Assembly: GCA_963740085.1 (NCBI GenBank)
Contig: CAVUCU010000005.1
Span: 192,001-256,000, forward strand
DNA: 64,000 bases
Reading direction: 5' to 3'
DNA from: Nitrospirota bacterium
GTDB taxonomy: Bacteria; Nitrospirota; UBA9217
A model generated the notes under the pieces. It was not told the DNA's origin. It searched no databases and saw nothing but the letters and a program-made list of their open reading frames with translations. Shown here one piece after another: positions 19,193 to 29,736 of this stretch (its first letter is position 1; each line of letters opens with the position of its first letter). The position numbers and the translations under genes are program-made.

Positions 19193-21139
19193 CTATCGTT
19201 TTTTTCCCAGTTCCTGTTTTACATAATTCAGCGTCCCGCCCGCCAGAAGATGCTTCCTCTGCCGGTCGGATACGTCAAGGACTGCCATGATTGTCCTTCC
19301 ATCCACCTCAACCGGGATCTCCCGGTCGCCCCGTTCGACCCGCTTCCGTACCTCGGGAAACACCACGGTCGCGTCCTTGTCAAGTGCATCATACTCTTTC
19401 GGGTCTTTGAACGTGAGCGGGAGAATGCCGAAGTTGCAAAGGTTCGACTTATGAATGCGGGCAAAGCTCTTTACGATCTTCGCGCGCACTCCCAGATAGC
19501 GCGGCGCAAGCGCCGCATGCTCGCGGCTCGATCCCTGGCCATAGTTCTCACCCCCGACGATCACCACCGTGCCCATGGCCCTGGCTTCCTTAGCAAAGTC
19601 CGGGTCGATCTGGGAAAAGACAAACTCGCTGATGGCCTCGATGTTCGAGCGAAGAGGGAGTATCATGTTCCCTGCCGGCATGATCGCGTCCGTGGAGATA
19701 TTGTCACCCACCTTCAATGCAACCTTTGCCCTGAGTGTATCCGGCAACGGTTCCAGAATCGGCAAGGGCTTGATGTTCGGGCCGCGAACAATAACGGTCT
19801 TTTTCAGCTCGTCTGATGGAAAAACGATCGACTTCTCTTCTACTATATTTTTCGTCGGCTCCTTGATCCGCGGATAGGCCATCTCCCCAGCGAGATCGCG
19901 CGGGTCAATAATGATCCCTTTCAGCGCCGCCGCGGTTGCGGTCTCCGGAGAGCACAGGTAGACCTTGTCGTCCCTGGTCCCTGACCTGCCCGGGAAATTT
20001 CGCGGAAAAGTCCGCAGGCTCACCTCGCCCGTGCCGGGCGCCTGACCCATGCCGATGCATCCCTGGCACCCGGGCTCGTGCACGCGCGCGCCTGCAAGAA
20101 AGAACAGCTGGAGGCCGCCCTGCTGCGCCACGTTCTCGATCACCTCGCGACTCCCCGGATTCACGTGAAAGTTCGTTTCCGGGTGCACGCGTCTTCCCTC
20201 GAGCATTCTGGCCGATATCATCAGGTCGCGGTAGGACGAGTTCACGCTGCTGCCGACGATGGCCTGGCCCACCTTGATGCCGGCCACTTCCCTGACCGGC
20301 ACGACGTTTCCGGGCGACGACGGCACGGCGATCAGCGGCTCGAGCGTCGAGAGATCGACATCTTCATGTTCGTCATACTGCGCTCCTTCATCAGCCGCAA
20401 GCGATACCCAGGCGTCACCCCTGCCCTGGGCGATCAGATATTCCCGAGTCCGGTCATCGGAGGGAAAGATCGAGGACGTCGCCCCGGTCTCGGTGCCCAT
20501 GTTGCCGATGGTCTCCCGGTCCGTGGCGGAGAGCGATGCCACTCCCGGTCCATAGTACTCAATGATCCTGCCAAAGCAGCCTTTCACGTCGTGGCGCCTG
20601 AGCATCTCAAGGATCACATCCTTGGCGCTCACCCAGTCAGGCAGCGTGCCCGTGAGCCTCACTCCCAGTACCTTGGGACAGGGGAGATGATAGGGATACC
20701 CGGCCATCGCCAGCGCAACATCCAGACCTCCGGCGCCGATGCCGAGCATGGACACGCCTGCTGCGCCCGGCGTGTGGCTGTCCGAGCCAAGAAGCGTCTT
20801 GCCCGGCACGCCGAATCGCTCCATGTGCACCTGGTGAGAAACTCCGTTGCCCGGCTTGCTGAAATGCACACCGAACTTCGCCGCGGCCGTCTGAAGGAAT
20901 CTGTGGTCGTCCGCGTTCTTGTTGTCAGTCTGAAGCAGGTTGTGGTCGACGTACTGCGCGGCGAGTTCGACCTTCACGCGCTCGAGCCCCAGCGCTTCGA
21001 ACTCAAGCATCGCGAGCGTCCCGGTCGCGTCCTGCAGCAAGGTATGGTCGATCCTGATGCCGATCTCTTTGCCGGGGACAAGCTCCCCTTCCACAAGATG
21101 AGATTCCAGAATTTTATGGGTGAGGTTTTTTTTCATCAT
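19193..21139 (-). CDS. Aconitate hydratase (compact type)
   Basis: QDATGT, DHN, GSDSHT, GC.GCIGMG, RTFPRNFPGRSG, ISTD.I.P, NYGQGSSREHAA. Confidence 0.93.
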   Translation of the reverse strand: MMKKNLTHKILESHLVEGELVPGKEIGIRIDHTLLQDATGTLAMLEFEALGLERVKVELAAQYVDHNLLQTDNKNADDHRFLQTAAAKFGVHFSKPGNGVSHQVHMERFGVPGKTLLGSDSHTPGAAGVSMLGIGAGGLDVALAMAGYPYHLPCPKVLGVRLTGTLPDWVSAKDVILEMLRRHDVKGCFGRIIEYYGPGVASLSATDRETIGNMGTETGATSSIFPSDDRTREYLIAQGRGDAWVSLAADEGAQYDEHEDVDLSTLEPLIAVPSSPGNVVPVREVAGIKVGQAIVGSSVNSSYRDLMISARMLEGRRVHPETNFHVNPGSREVIENVAQQGGLQLFFLAGARVHEPGCQGCIGMGQAPGTGEVSLRTFPRNFPGRSGTRDDKVYLCSPETATAAALKGIIIDPRDLAGEMAYPRIKEPTKNIVEEKSIVFPSDELKKTVIVRGPNIKPLPILEPLPDTLRAKVALKVGDNISTDAIMPAGNMILPLRSNIEAISEFVFSQIDPDFAKEARAMGTVVIVGGENYGQGSSREHAALAPRYLGVRAKIVKSFARIHKSNLCNFGILPLTFKDPKEYDALDKDATVVFPEVRKRVERGDREIPVEVDGRTIMAVLDVSDRQRKHLLAGGTLNYVKQELGKKR

Positions 21140-21565
21140 CCAGAAGTTGTATCAGATAAGGTAAAACGCCTCATCACGCTGACCTTCCACGCCTCAGACG
21201 TGATCAGATTCTATACCAAATAACTCTCATTTATGTTCTTAAATGATTTTACCACACTTTCTTAAAAAAAGTACAGTCAGTCGTAGAACAGGGAGAGCTT
21301 TTTTCACGAATGGACAGCGGGACGTACCTTAGGCCGGGCACGGACAGGAGGGCAATAGTATTCGTAAGGCGCAGGTTTACATGCAGCAGCTGCGACCTTG
21401 TTGGGAAAGCCGGCGTTCCCGGTATTTGCGGGAGATCTGGTGGTGCCGATGAACATGGTCACAGAACAGGGCATCGGCGCCAAATGTGGCGTAATAAATG
21501 AGGGGCATCGAAGATACCCTCTTGTTGTTTCCCCTGATTAAGAACGCAGTATCTTCCTGACACTC

Positions 21566-21931
21566 TCAATTTTCTTCCAACAATTCCGTCCGCACCAGTG
21601 CAAGAATCGCCGAATGGGGAACGATGAGGTATTTCTTGTCCTCGAATTCGATCTCCATTGATTGATCTTTCAGGAAGATGGCATAGTCGCCATCGGCAGC
21701 CTGCAGGGGAAGGTATTTTATATCCTTCTTGCCTGTTCTCCAGGACTCATCGGGCGTATTGTCCGGAATGGGATACCCCGGCCCGGTCTTTACCACGTGG
21801 CCGCCCATGATCTTTTCCTTTTCCTTGACCGTGGGAGGAAGATAGAGCCCCGAAGGCGTCTTGTCCATCCGTTCATCAGGGTCGATGAGGACCCGGTCTC
21901 CGACGATGATAAGGTTCTTCTTGGTTTTCAT
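21566..21931 (-). CDS. Stand-alone GroES-family co-chaperonin
   Basis: GDRVLI, TPSGLYLP..VKEK, G.VV..GPG, YLIV...ILA; no groEL nearby. Confidence 0.8.
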   Translation of the reverse strand: MKTKKNLIIVGDRVLIDPDERMDKTPSGLYLPPTVKEKEKIMGGHVVKTGPGYPIPDNTPDESWRTGKKDIKYLPLQAADGDYAIFLKDQSMEIEFEDKKYLIVPHSAILALVRTELLEEN

Positions 21932-22091
21932 GCATCACCTCGACAAGATCTCAAGCAACGTTTGTCTAAAGTGTCTCAGATATGACCAATATATCACATC
22001 GGACAGTTTATTATTATATCAAAATACGCAGCCGATAATCCTCTTCTTTTTACGAGTTGCCAATAGAGCCCTTTCGCGATACACTACACCC

Positions 22092-23060
22092 ATGCGCAAG
22101 TATGAACTCACGCCCCAAGAACGGGTCCTCATCCTCGGCGGGACCGGTTTTGTCGGCAAGCGGCTCATCCCTGAACTGGTCAGAAAGAATATCAAGCTCC
22201 GGTTGCTGGTTCGCGATCCCGCGAAGTCGAAGAGCTTGCTTGTCAAGGGCGCTGATATCGATGTAGTAGAGGGAGACGTGCTCGGTCCGCGCGGTCTTGA
22301 CGAAGCCCTCGGCGGAATACACACCGCCTATTACCTCATCCACTCCATGGGCGGCAAGACCCTGTTCAAAAACGAGGAGTACGCGGAAAAGGACCGTAGC
22401 GCGGCGAAGAATTTCATGGCAGCCGCGGATGCAGCGGGACTTAAGAGGATCATCTACCTCGGCGGTCTGGGCGAAACGAACGATAATCTTTCAGAACATC
22501 TCCGGAGCCGAGCCGAGATCGCGCACATCCTCTCCTCGGGCAGGCCCGCTGCCACGGTGCTGCGCGCCGCCGTCATCATTGGTGCTGAAGGGGCATCCTA
22601 TGAGATGCTGCGTTATCTCGTCGAGCGTCTGCCGGTCATGGTCACTCCCAAATGGGTCGGCACGCGCATCCAGCCCATCGCAATCAAAGATGTCCTCGCC
22701 TATCTCGTGGGCTGTCTGCTGAATCCCGCCACGGCTGGCAAAGGCTTCGACATCGGCGGTCCGGAGATATTCACCTATAGAGAGATGATGCAGAAGTATG
22801 CAGAGACCCGGGGCCTTGCAAAGCGGTACATCATCCGCGTTCCGGTGCTCACCCCGACGCTCTCGGCCTACTGGGTAGACCTGGTGACGCCCATCCCGTC
22901 GGGGATCGCACATCCCCTCATTGAAGGCCTGCGGAACGAGGTGATCTGCAAAGACAACGAGATCGAAAAATACGTTCCGATCTCGAAGACTTCCTTTGCA
23001 GAAGCCGTCATGCAGGCGCATAGCGAGGAAAAGAAAGGCCCTGGCATTACGGGATTCTGA
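22092..23060 (+). CDS. Atypical SDR / NAD(P)H-binding protein (YbjT-like)
   Basis: LILGGTGFVG, AYYLIHSM, IIYLGGLG, SEHLRSRAE, LRAAVIIG, QPIA..DV. Confidence 0.85.
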   Translation: MRKYELTPQERVLILGGTGFVGKRLIPELVRKNIKLRLLVRDPAKSKSLLVKGADIDVVEGDVLGPRGLDEALGGIHTAYYLIHSMGGKTLFKNEEYAEKDRSAAKNFMAAADAAGLKRIIYLGGLGETNDNLSEHLRSRAEIAHILSSGRPAATVLRAAVIIGAEGASYEMLRYLVERLPVMVTPKWVGTRIQPIAIKDVLAYLVGCLLNPATAGKGFDIGGPEIFTYREMMQKYAETRGLAKRYIIRVPVLTPTLSAYWVDLVTPIPSGIAHPLIEGLRNEVICKDNEIEKYVPISKTSFAEAVMQAHSEEKKGPGITGF

Positions 23061-23061
23061 C

Positions 23062-23496
23062 ATGATCATTGAAGAATCAATCCTCATCAATGCCGATATC
23101 GAAAAGATCTGGAAGACCTTCACAGACCTTACGTGCTGGGCCGAATGGAATACCGTGGCCCGCAACGCGGTGTCGGACTCGGGCAACCTCGAGAAGGGAG
23201 ACCGATTCACGTTCTGCATCCGGCCCTTCTCTGTGCCGATCACGCTGAAACAGCGGATCGCTGAGGTCGTCCCCGCGCAGCGCGTTGTCTGGACCGGATC
23301 CAAGTTCGGCATCTACTCGCGCCACGAGTTCCTTTTCCAACAGGTCGCCGATAGAGTGCAGGTCACGAGCAGAGAAACCTTGCGCGGCCTGCCGCTTCTC
23401 TTCGGCGGACAGGCGTTTACCGATGCAGTGGTGCGCAAGCTAACCATCGCGATGCTGAGCGACCTGAAAAAGTCGTCTGAACAAGTGAACACATGA
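23062..23496 (+). CDS. SRPBCC / polyketide cyclase-like protein
   Basis: ESILINAD.EKIW..FTD...W.EWN start; helix-grip pattern. Confidence 0.75.
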   Translation: MIIEESILINADIEKIWKTFTDLTCWAEWNTVARNAVSDSGNLEKGDRFTFCIRPFSVPITLKQRIAEVVPAQRVVWTGSKFGIYSRHEFLFQQVADRVQVTSRETLRGLPLLFGGQAFTDAVVRKLTIAMLSDLKKSSEQVNT

Positions 23497-24074
23497 ACAA
23501 GATCATTCTTGGAATAAGTTCCTGCCTGCTCGGTAATTCGGTCCGTTACGACGGAGGGCACAAGCTCGACCCCATACTGACCGATACCCTCGGCCAGTAT
23601 GGGGAATGGATGCCGGTCTGCCCCAAGGTTGAATGCGGCCTGCCAGTCCCGCGCGAGGCCATGCACCTCGTCGGCGATCCGGAGAATCCACGGCTCGTCA
23701 CGATCCGGACCAAAGTGGACCACTCGGCACGCATGAAAACCTGGGCAAAGAAAAAAGTCGCGGAGCTGAAAAAAGCGGGCCTCTGCGGCTTCGTGTTCAA
23801 GAGCCGGTCGCCCAGTTCCGGCATGCGAGGGGTCAAGATCTATACCGAGGAAGGAATACCGAACACCACCGGCCCCGGGCTCTTCGCCAAAGCCTTCATG
23901 CAGACGTTTCCCCTTCTCCCCGTGGAGGACGAAGGCAGGCTGCACGATCCCGGCCTCCGGGAGAACTTCATTGAACGGGTTTTCGTCTATCAACGCTGGC
24001 AGGAATATATGAGGGAAGACGCTTCAATTGGGGGGCTGGTTGTTTTTCACAGGAAGGATTCGAGGTTGTCATAA
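23493..24074 (+). pseudogene. DUF523 (2-thiouracil desulfurase-like) protein, C-terminal DUF1722 part truncated
   Basis: GISSCLLG..VRYDGGH, VCP.VECGL.VPRE, KSRSPS.G, EDEGRL.D..LRENF; similarity ends at LVVFH. Confidence 0.7.
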
Positions 24075-24412
24075 ATCTGGCGCTCCATGACGATCCCCGC
24101 TACTCCCTTCGCGACGAGCCGGGGCTGGTCAATTCTTTGGGCATGGAGTACATCCATATTCCTGTGGAGTTCGGTGCTCCTGCAGAAACTGATCTGCTTG
24201 CATTCTTCGCCGCAATGAAGCAGTATCAAGACAGGCGGATCTTATTGCACTGTGCGGCCAATAAGAGGGTTACGGCTTTCCTCGGGTTGTACCGCGTTAT
24301 CAAAGAGGGACATCCCCCGGAGGAAGCTTTTGCCTTAATGAGGTCGGTGTGGGAACCTGATTCAACATGGTCATCCTTCATTTCCGCCATGCTTGACAAA
24401 TATCACGGCTAA
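24053..24412 (+). pseudogene. Cys-based phosphatase/DUF442-like protein, N-terminally truncated
   Basis: EGFEVVINLAL...LGMEYIHIPV...LLHCAANKRVTAF (HCxxxxR); no start for the N-terminal part. Confidence 0.65.
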
Positions 24413-24448
24413 GTTGTCCGATAAGGACAACGCGGCCCCGATCCACTT

Positions 24449-25177
24449 TTAACCTCGCTGCCGCACTAATCCTTCCTCCAGTTGTTCGAGCATATAGGCT
24501 GCGATGACCTCCCTGTCCTCACGACCGATGTTCATGAACTTCAGTCCCATGCCGTGCTCCCTGAACGACCCTTCTTCGAACCTCGCGGTGTAAAGGACAA
24601 CTGCCTCGAGCTTGATCTGCCGTCCCTTGATTTCGAGGACCACCGGAATGCGCGAATGGACCTGTCGGGGCTCCAGCGTCCGGAAGAACATCCCGTACTC
24701 CGACAGCTCCGTTGCAAACCCCTCCCTCCCGCGTGGCCCGTCATCCAGTCTCACGTTCAGGTGAGTCGCAATCCTGAGGTTTCTCCGCGATCCCTTCTCG
24801 ATGACCGTTTGAATAGCCCGATAGAATTCCTCCACCTTGAGCGGCTTACCCAGATGAGCGGCGTATTCTTCCCTCCGGGCCCTTGATTCCGGATCGGCGC
24901 TCGACAGTGGAGAAAGAAGGATGAGCGGGACATCCAGAAAGCGGGGGTCTTTCGTAATCCAGGACAGGAGGGTCGTACCGCCCGAACCGGCGTCGGCCAC
25001 AACCGCGGAGGGCTTTGCAGCGTTCATGTAGCCGATCGCCTCCTGTGCGGTATGGGTGGCGAAGGTATAGTAGCCGAACCGCTGAAGCAGCATGCTGGTG
25101 TAAAAGAGGTCTTCGACGTTGGCATCCAGGACAAGGACATATCGTTTACTTTTCTCGGCAGCATTCATCCCGTTCAT
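24449..25177 (-). CDS. Receiver-like domain + PilZ domain protein
   Basis: Atypical REC (VLVLD, KPL), then SRRNLR...ELSEYGMF...GMGLKF. Confidence 0.78.
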   Translation of the reverse strand: MNGMNAAEKSKRYVLVLDANVEDLFYTSMLLQRFGYYTFATHTAQEAIGYMNAAKPSAVVADAGSGGTTLLSWITKDPRFLDVPLILLSPLSSADPESRARREEYAAHLGKPLKVEEFYRAIQTVIEKGSRRNLRIATHLNVRLDDGPRGREGFATELSEYGMFFRTLEPRQVHSRIPVVLEIKGRQIKLEAVVLYTARFEEGSFREHGMGLKFMNIGREDREVIAAYMLEQLEEGLVRQRG

Positions 25178-25209
25178 CCTTCCGTCTCCACAATCTGAAG
25201 AACCGCGCT

Positions 25210-26514
25210 TCACAAATTCCCGCGCAGTTTCTCCACGTTCAAAATCCGTTTCACCGCCAGCTCATAGGCGGCCTTCCTCATCCGGCACTTTGCTTCGCGG
25301 CAGTGGTCATGGACGTCATTGAACGCCGTGGTCATGATCAGCTTCAACCGTTCAAGTACCTTTTCTTCCGGCCAGGTATCGTTGCTTAAATTCTGACTCC
25401 ATTCGAAATAGCTCACCACGACGCCGCCTGCGTTGGCAAGAATATCGGGAATGACCAGAATGTCCCTGTTGTAGAGAATGTCATCGGCCTGTGCGGTAAG
25501 CGGCGCATTCGCGAGCTCAAGGACGATCTTCGCCTTCACGTCATGGGCATTGTTCCCGTCGAGCTGGTACGAGAGTGCCGCTGGTATCAGGATTTCACAG
25601 TCAGCGGCAAGGAGCTCGGCCTGGGAAATGTTTTTTGCGTTTTCAAAGCCCGCGACACTGCCGGTCTTGGCCTTATGATGTCTGAGCGAAGAGATATCGA
25701 GCCCCCCCGGGTCCATGATGGCGCCGTTCACGTCGCTCACTGCCACAACAATATAGCCCCAATGATGGAGCATGCGTGCAACATTCCCGCCTGCATTACC
25801 GAACCCCTGGACCGCAACGCGGCTCCCCTGCGCTTTCATTCCGTGTTCCTTCATGGCCTGCTCAAGCACATGAACGCCGCCCAGTGCGGTCGAGTATCTG
25901 CGCGCCTTGATGCCGCCCAGTGCGGGGGGTTTTCCCGTGACCACGGCGGGAACGTGCTCACGCCTGATCCGTTCATACTCGTCGAGCACCCAGGCCATTA
26001 TCTGCTCATCGGTGTACACATCGGGCGCGGGAATATCTTTGAACGGTCCGATGTAGTCCGCGACGGCCCGGACGTACCCGCGCGTCACCAGTTCAAGATC
26101 GCGCCTCGAAAGCTCCATGGGATTGACCGTAACACCCCCCTTTGCGCCGCCGAAGGGGATGTTCACTACCGCGCACTTGAGTGCCATGAGGAAGGCCAAT
26201 TCCCTCGCATGCTCTTCGTCCATCCCGGGGTGGAAGCGAATACCGCCCTTGGCCGGTCCGCGCGCGTCATTGTACTGCACACGATAGCCCGTGAACATCT
26301 GAGTCCGGCCCGTCGTCATCTGCACCGGAAAGCTCACCGTAAAGGACCGCCGCGGTGCGGACAGCAGGTCCAGTTCATCCTGCGTGAGCCCGAGGTCGGC
26401 GTAGATGGTCTGCAGTTCGGTCATCGCGAGACTGCGGAGGTCTTTTTCGTCATGGTGGAGACGGTCGTCGTTACGGTTCATGAAGCTCCTCAAAAATGCC
26501 GGGTCCGGGGGCAT
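25210..26514 (-). CDS. gdhA: Glu/Leu/Phe/Val dehydrogenase (glutamate dehydrogenase)
   Basis: GPAKGGIRFHP, PFGGAKGG, DIPAPD, VTGKP, VQGFGNAG, PDILANAGGV.VSYFEW; start may be 26481. Confidence 0.9.
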   Translation of the reverse strand: MPPDPAFLRSFMNRNDDRLHHDEKDLRSLAMTELQTIYADLGLTQDELDLLSAPRRSFTVSFPVQMTTGRTQMFTGYRVQYNDARGPAKGGIRFHPGMDEEHARELAFLMALKCAVVNIPFGGAKGGVTVNPMELSRRDLELVTRGYVRAVADYIGPFKDIPAPDVYTDEQIMAWVLDEYERIRREHVPAVVTGKPPALGGIKARRYSTALGGVHVLEQAMKEHGMKAQGSRVAVQGFGNAGGNVARMLHHWGYIVVAVSDVNGAIMDPGGLDISSLRHHKAKTGSVAGFENAKNISQAELLAADCEILIPAALSYQLDGNNAHDVKAKIVLELANAPLTAQADDILYNRDILVIPDILANAGGVVVSYFEWSQNLSNDTWPEEKVLERLKLIMTTAFNDVHDHCREAKCRMRKAAYELAVKRILNVEKLRGNL

Positions 26515-26561
26515 GGGGAAAATCTGGCACGCTGGTTTCCCACGTCCCTTGACCCGTTCTT

Positions 26562-27977
26562 TTATTTCCTCGCCAACCCGGTCTTCTTCGCTGTCGCGGC
26601 CACGGCAGCAGCCACGGACGCAACCACGGTGCGGTCGAAAAGGCTCGGGATGATATAGTCCTCGTGCAGCTCTCCGATCTTGACCGTGTGGGCGATGGCC
26701 CTGGCAGCAGCGAGCTTCACCGCCTCGTTCACGCCCCGCGCGCGCACATCGAGCAGCCCCCGGAACATGCCGGGGAAACAGAGCATATTGTTGATCTGGT
26801 TCGGGTAGTCCGACCGTCCTGTTGCCATAACGCGCACCAGCGGCAGGGCCTCCTCCGGCGCGATCTCGGAATTGGGATTGGCGAGGGCAAAAACGATCGG
26901 ATCTTTGGCCATCTTCCTGACATCATTTGCAGTGATCACATTCGGTGCCGACAGGCCGATAAAGACGTGCGCCCCCTTCATGGCGTCGGATATGCATCCC
27001 TTCACCTTCCGCGGGTTCGTGGCTGCTGCCAGGAGGCTTTTATTGGGGTCCATTCCCTGTTGCCTGCCGACGTACAGCGAGCCTGCCTTGTCGCACACAA
27101 TAATGTCCCTGACCCCCGAGGCAAGAAGGATCCTCGTGGTTGCCGATCCGGCTGCGCCTGAACCGACGACCACGACCTTGAACTTCTTCAGGTCGCGCCT
27201 GAGCAGCCTCGAAACATTGATGAGCGCGGCAAGCACAACCACTGCCGTGCCGTGCTGGTCGTCATGGAACACCGGGATGTCAAGCATCTTTCTCAGCCGG
27301 GTCTCCACCTCAAAACAGCGGGGAGCGGAAATGTCCTCGAGGTTGATCCCGCCGAATGCCGGTGCAATGTTCTTGACCGTTGCAATGATCTCTTCCACGT
27401 CCCTGGTCGCCAGCACAAGGGGGAAGGCGTTGATGTTCGCGAACGCCTTGAAGATCATGGCCTTGCCTTCCATGACCGGCAGAGCGGCCTCTGGCCCGAT
27501 GTTGCCCAGACCAAGCACGGCGGTCCCGTCGCTTACCACGGCAACGGAATTTCCCTTCATGGTGTAGCGATAGGTGTGCTCCCTGTGCCGGTGGATGTCC
27601 ATGCAAACCCGTGCAACACCCGGCGTGTAGACCTTGGACAGATCGTTCCGGTCGCGAACGGGAAGCTTGTTCTTGATCTCGATCTTGCCGCCCTCGTGGG
27701 CAGTGAAAGTTCGGTCCGTGGACCTGAGAACTTCCACACCCGGCACTGCCGTGATGGCCTTCACGATGGACTGCTCGTGCGCCTCGTCACGGGCGTTCAC
27801 GGTGACGTCCCGGATGATCGTGCCCTTCCCGACACCCACGATGTCAACAGCGCCCATGTCGCCGCCGACACCGCCGATTGCCGTGGCGATCCTTGCGAAC
27901 ATGCCGATGCGGTTCTCGATCTCCACCCGTATCGTGATGCTGTAGCTGGGACTGGGATTGGATATGAAGTTCTTCAT
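26562..27977 (-). CDS. NAD(P)-dependent malic enzyme with N-terminal ACT domain
   Basis: ACT-like N-term, YTPGVA, DGTAVLGLG, PVMEGK, INLEDI, HDDQHGT, ATGRSDYPNQINN; AAGGAG RBS. Confidence 0.92.
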   Translation of the reverse strand: MKNFISNPSPSYSITIRVEIENRIGMFARIATAIGGVGGDMGAVDIVGVGKGTIIRDVTVNARDEAHEQSIVKAITAVPGVEVLRSTDRTFTAHEGGKIEIKNKLPVRDRNDLSKVYTPGVARVCMDIHRHREHTYRYTMKGNSVAVVSDGTAVLGLGNIGPEAALPVMEGKAMIFKAFANINAFPLVLATRDVEEIIATVKNIAPAFGGINLEDISAPRCFEVETRLRKMLDIPVFHDDQHGTAVVVLAALINVSRLLRRDLKKFKVVVVGSGAAGSATTRILLASGVRDIIVCDKAGSLYVGRQQGMDPNKSLLAAATNPRKVKGCISDAMKGAHVFIGLSAPNVITANDVRKMAKDPIVFALANPNSEIAPEEALPLVRVMATGRSDYPNQINNMLCFPGMFRGLLDVRARGVNEAVKLAAARAIAHTVKIGELHEDYIIPSLFDRTVVASVAAAVAATAKKTGLARK

Positions 27978-28266
27978 GGTGCGATCTCCTTTGGTCTCTA
28001 TTATAGAAGCAATTTCTCCCATGGTCAACCGGGGAATAGGGATAGGACGTTCTGCCATACCAGGTTTGGGCTTTTTGACTTCAGAAAAATCAGCGTGCAA
28101 AATCCGGAAAGAGCGGGTATAATTGGATTCAGAACTCAATGAATTCTCGCTCAGTCTCTTCGCTCCCGGAAACAGTCACCGGCTTGATGACTTCACACTA
28201 CCGAAATTTGTGATCCGTGCGTCTCTGCGAGAAAAGAGGGTGATTTCTTCCTGTAACTCAAAACCT

Positions 28267-29670
28267 ATGACCGGCTACCGCATTGAAAAAGACTCCCTTG
28301 GTGAAGTAAAGATCCCCGTGGACATGCTCTACGGTGCGCAGACCCAGCGTGCGGTCCTGAACTTCCCCGTGAGCGACGTGCGGTTTCCCCGCATTTTCCT
28401 CCGCGCGCTCGGGCTCATTAAGGCGGTTGCGGCTGAAGTGAACGCCGGGCTGGGGCTGCTCGATGCGCATATCGCGCAGGCCGTTCATCTGGCCGCCCTC
28501 GAGGTCGCGGACGGTCAATGGGACGACCACTTCCCGCTTGATATCTTCCAGACCGGCTCCGCGACATCAACGAACATGAACGCCAACGAAGTGATCGCAG
28601 GCCGCGCCACACAGCTCCTCGGCCCTTCAGCGAAGCCTGTCCACCCGAACAACGACGTGAACATGGGCCAGTCCTCGAACGATGTCATCCCCGCTGCGAT
28701 CCATGTGAGCGCATATCTGCAAACACACGAGGTGCTCATCCCGTCTCTCAGGCATCTTCAAACGATGCTTAAAAAACGGGAGGAAGAGTTCAGCACTGTT
28801 GTAAAGACCGGCCGCACGCACCTGATGGATGCAATGCCGGTCACGCTCGGCCAGGAGATCAGCGGCTGGGCATTCCAGGTCAAGCAGGGTATCGAGCGCA
28901 TCGAATCCACGCTGCCCCGCCTTGCGACGCTCGCAATCGGAGGAACCGCCGTTGGCACGGGCGTCAACGCGCCGAAGGATTTCGGCAGGATCGTTGCCAA
29001 CAGGCTTGCCGGTCGCACCAACCTGCCCTTTGTGGAATCAGACAACCATTTCGCCGCCCAGGCGGTCATGGACACGGCCGTGGAGCTGAGCGGGCAGTTA
29101 AAGGCGACCGCCTCTTCCTTCATGAAGATGGCGAACGACCTTCGCTGGATGAACAGCGGCCCGATCGCGGGGCTCGGCGAGATATCACTGCGGGCGCTGC
29201 AGCCCGGATCCAGCATCATGCCCGGCAAGGTGAACCCGGTCATGTGCGAGATGATGATGATGGTCTGCGCCCAGGTCACGGGGAACGATGCGACCATTAC
29301 GATCGCGAACCAGCAGGGCAATTTCGAGTTGAATGTCATGCTGCCGGTCCTCGCCCACAACCTTCTCCAGTCCATCACCCTGCTCGGAAACGCATCCCGT
29401 CTCCTGGCGGACAAGGCGATCGCCGACTTCACCGTGAACCGGGAGCGAATCGCCGCCCTGGTGGACAAGAACCCCATCCTCGTGACCGCCCTGAACCCGG
29501 TCATCGGCTACGACAAGGCCGCGCAGATCGCGAAAAAGGCATACGCAGAGGGACGCGCGCTCAAGGAGGTTGCCGCAGAGATGACGGGGCTGTCGAAGGA
29601 AGAATTACAGAGACTGCTCGACCCGAAGAAGATGACCGAAGGCGGGATCGGGGCGGCAGACAAATCCTGA
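28267..29670 (+). CDS. fumC: Fumarate hydratase class II
   Basis: RIEKDSLG, YGAQT.RA, QTGS.TS.NMN, HPN..VN..QSSND, GRTHLMDA, GSSIMPGKVNP. Confidence 0.95.
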   Translation: MTGYRIEKDSLGEVKIPVDMLYGAQTQRAVLNFPVSDVRFPRIFLRALGLIKAVAAEVNAGLGLLDAHIAQAVHLAALEVADGQWDDHFPLDIFQTGSATSTNMNANEVIAGRATQLLGPSAKPVHPNNDVNMGQSSNDVIPAAIHVSAYLQTHEVLIPSLRHLQTMLKKREEEFSTVVKTGRTHLMDAMPVTLGQEISGWAFQVKQGIERIESTLPRLATLAIGGTAVGTGVNAPKDFGRIVANRLAGRTNLPFVESDNHFAAQAVMDTAVELSGQLKATASSFMKMANDLRWMNSGPIAGLGEISLRALQPGSSIMPGKVNPVMCEMMMMVCAQVTGNDATITIANQQGNFELNVMLPVLAHNLLQSITLLGNASRLLADKAIADFTVNRERIAALVDKNPILVTALNPVIGYDKAAQIAKKAYAEGRALKEVAAEMTGLSKEELQRLLDPKKMTEGGIGAADKS

Positions 29671-29736
29671 GCAGGAGTACCGCACTTGGCACGGTCTTAA
29701 TATTCGCATTCACGTTAATTTTCCGGGGAACGAGTA

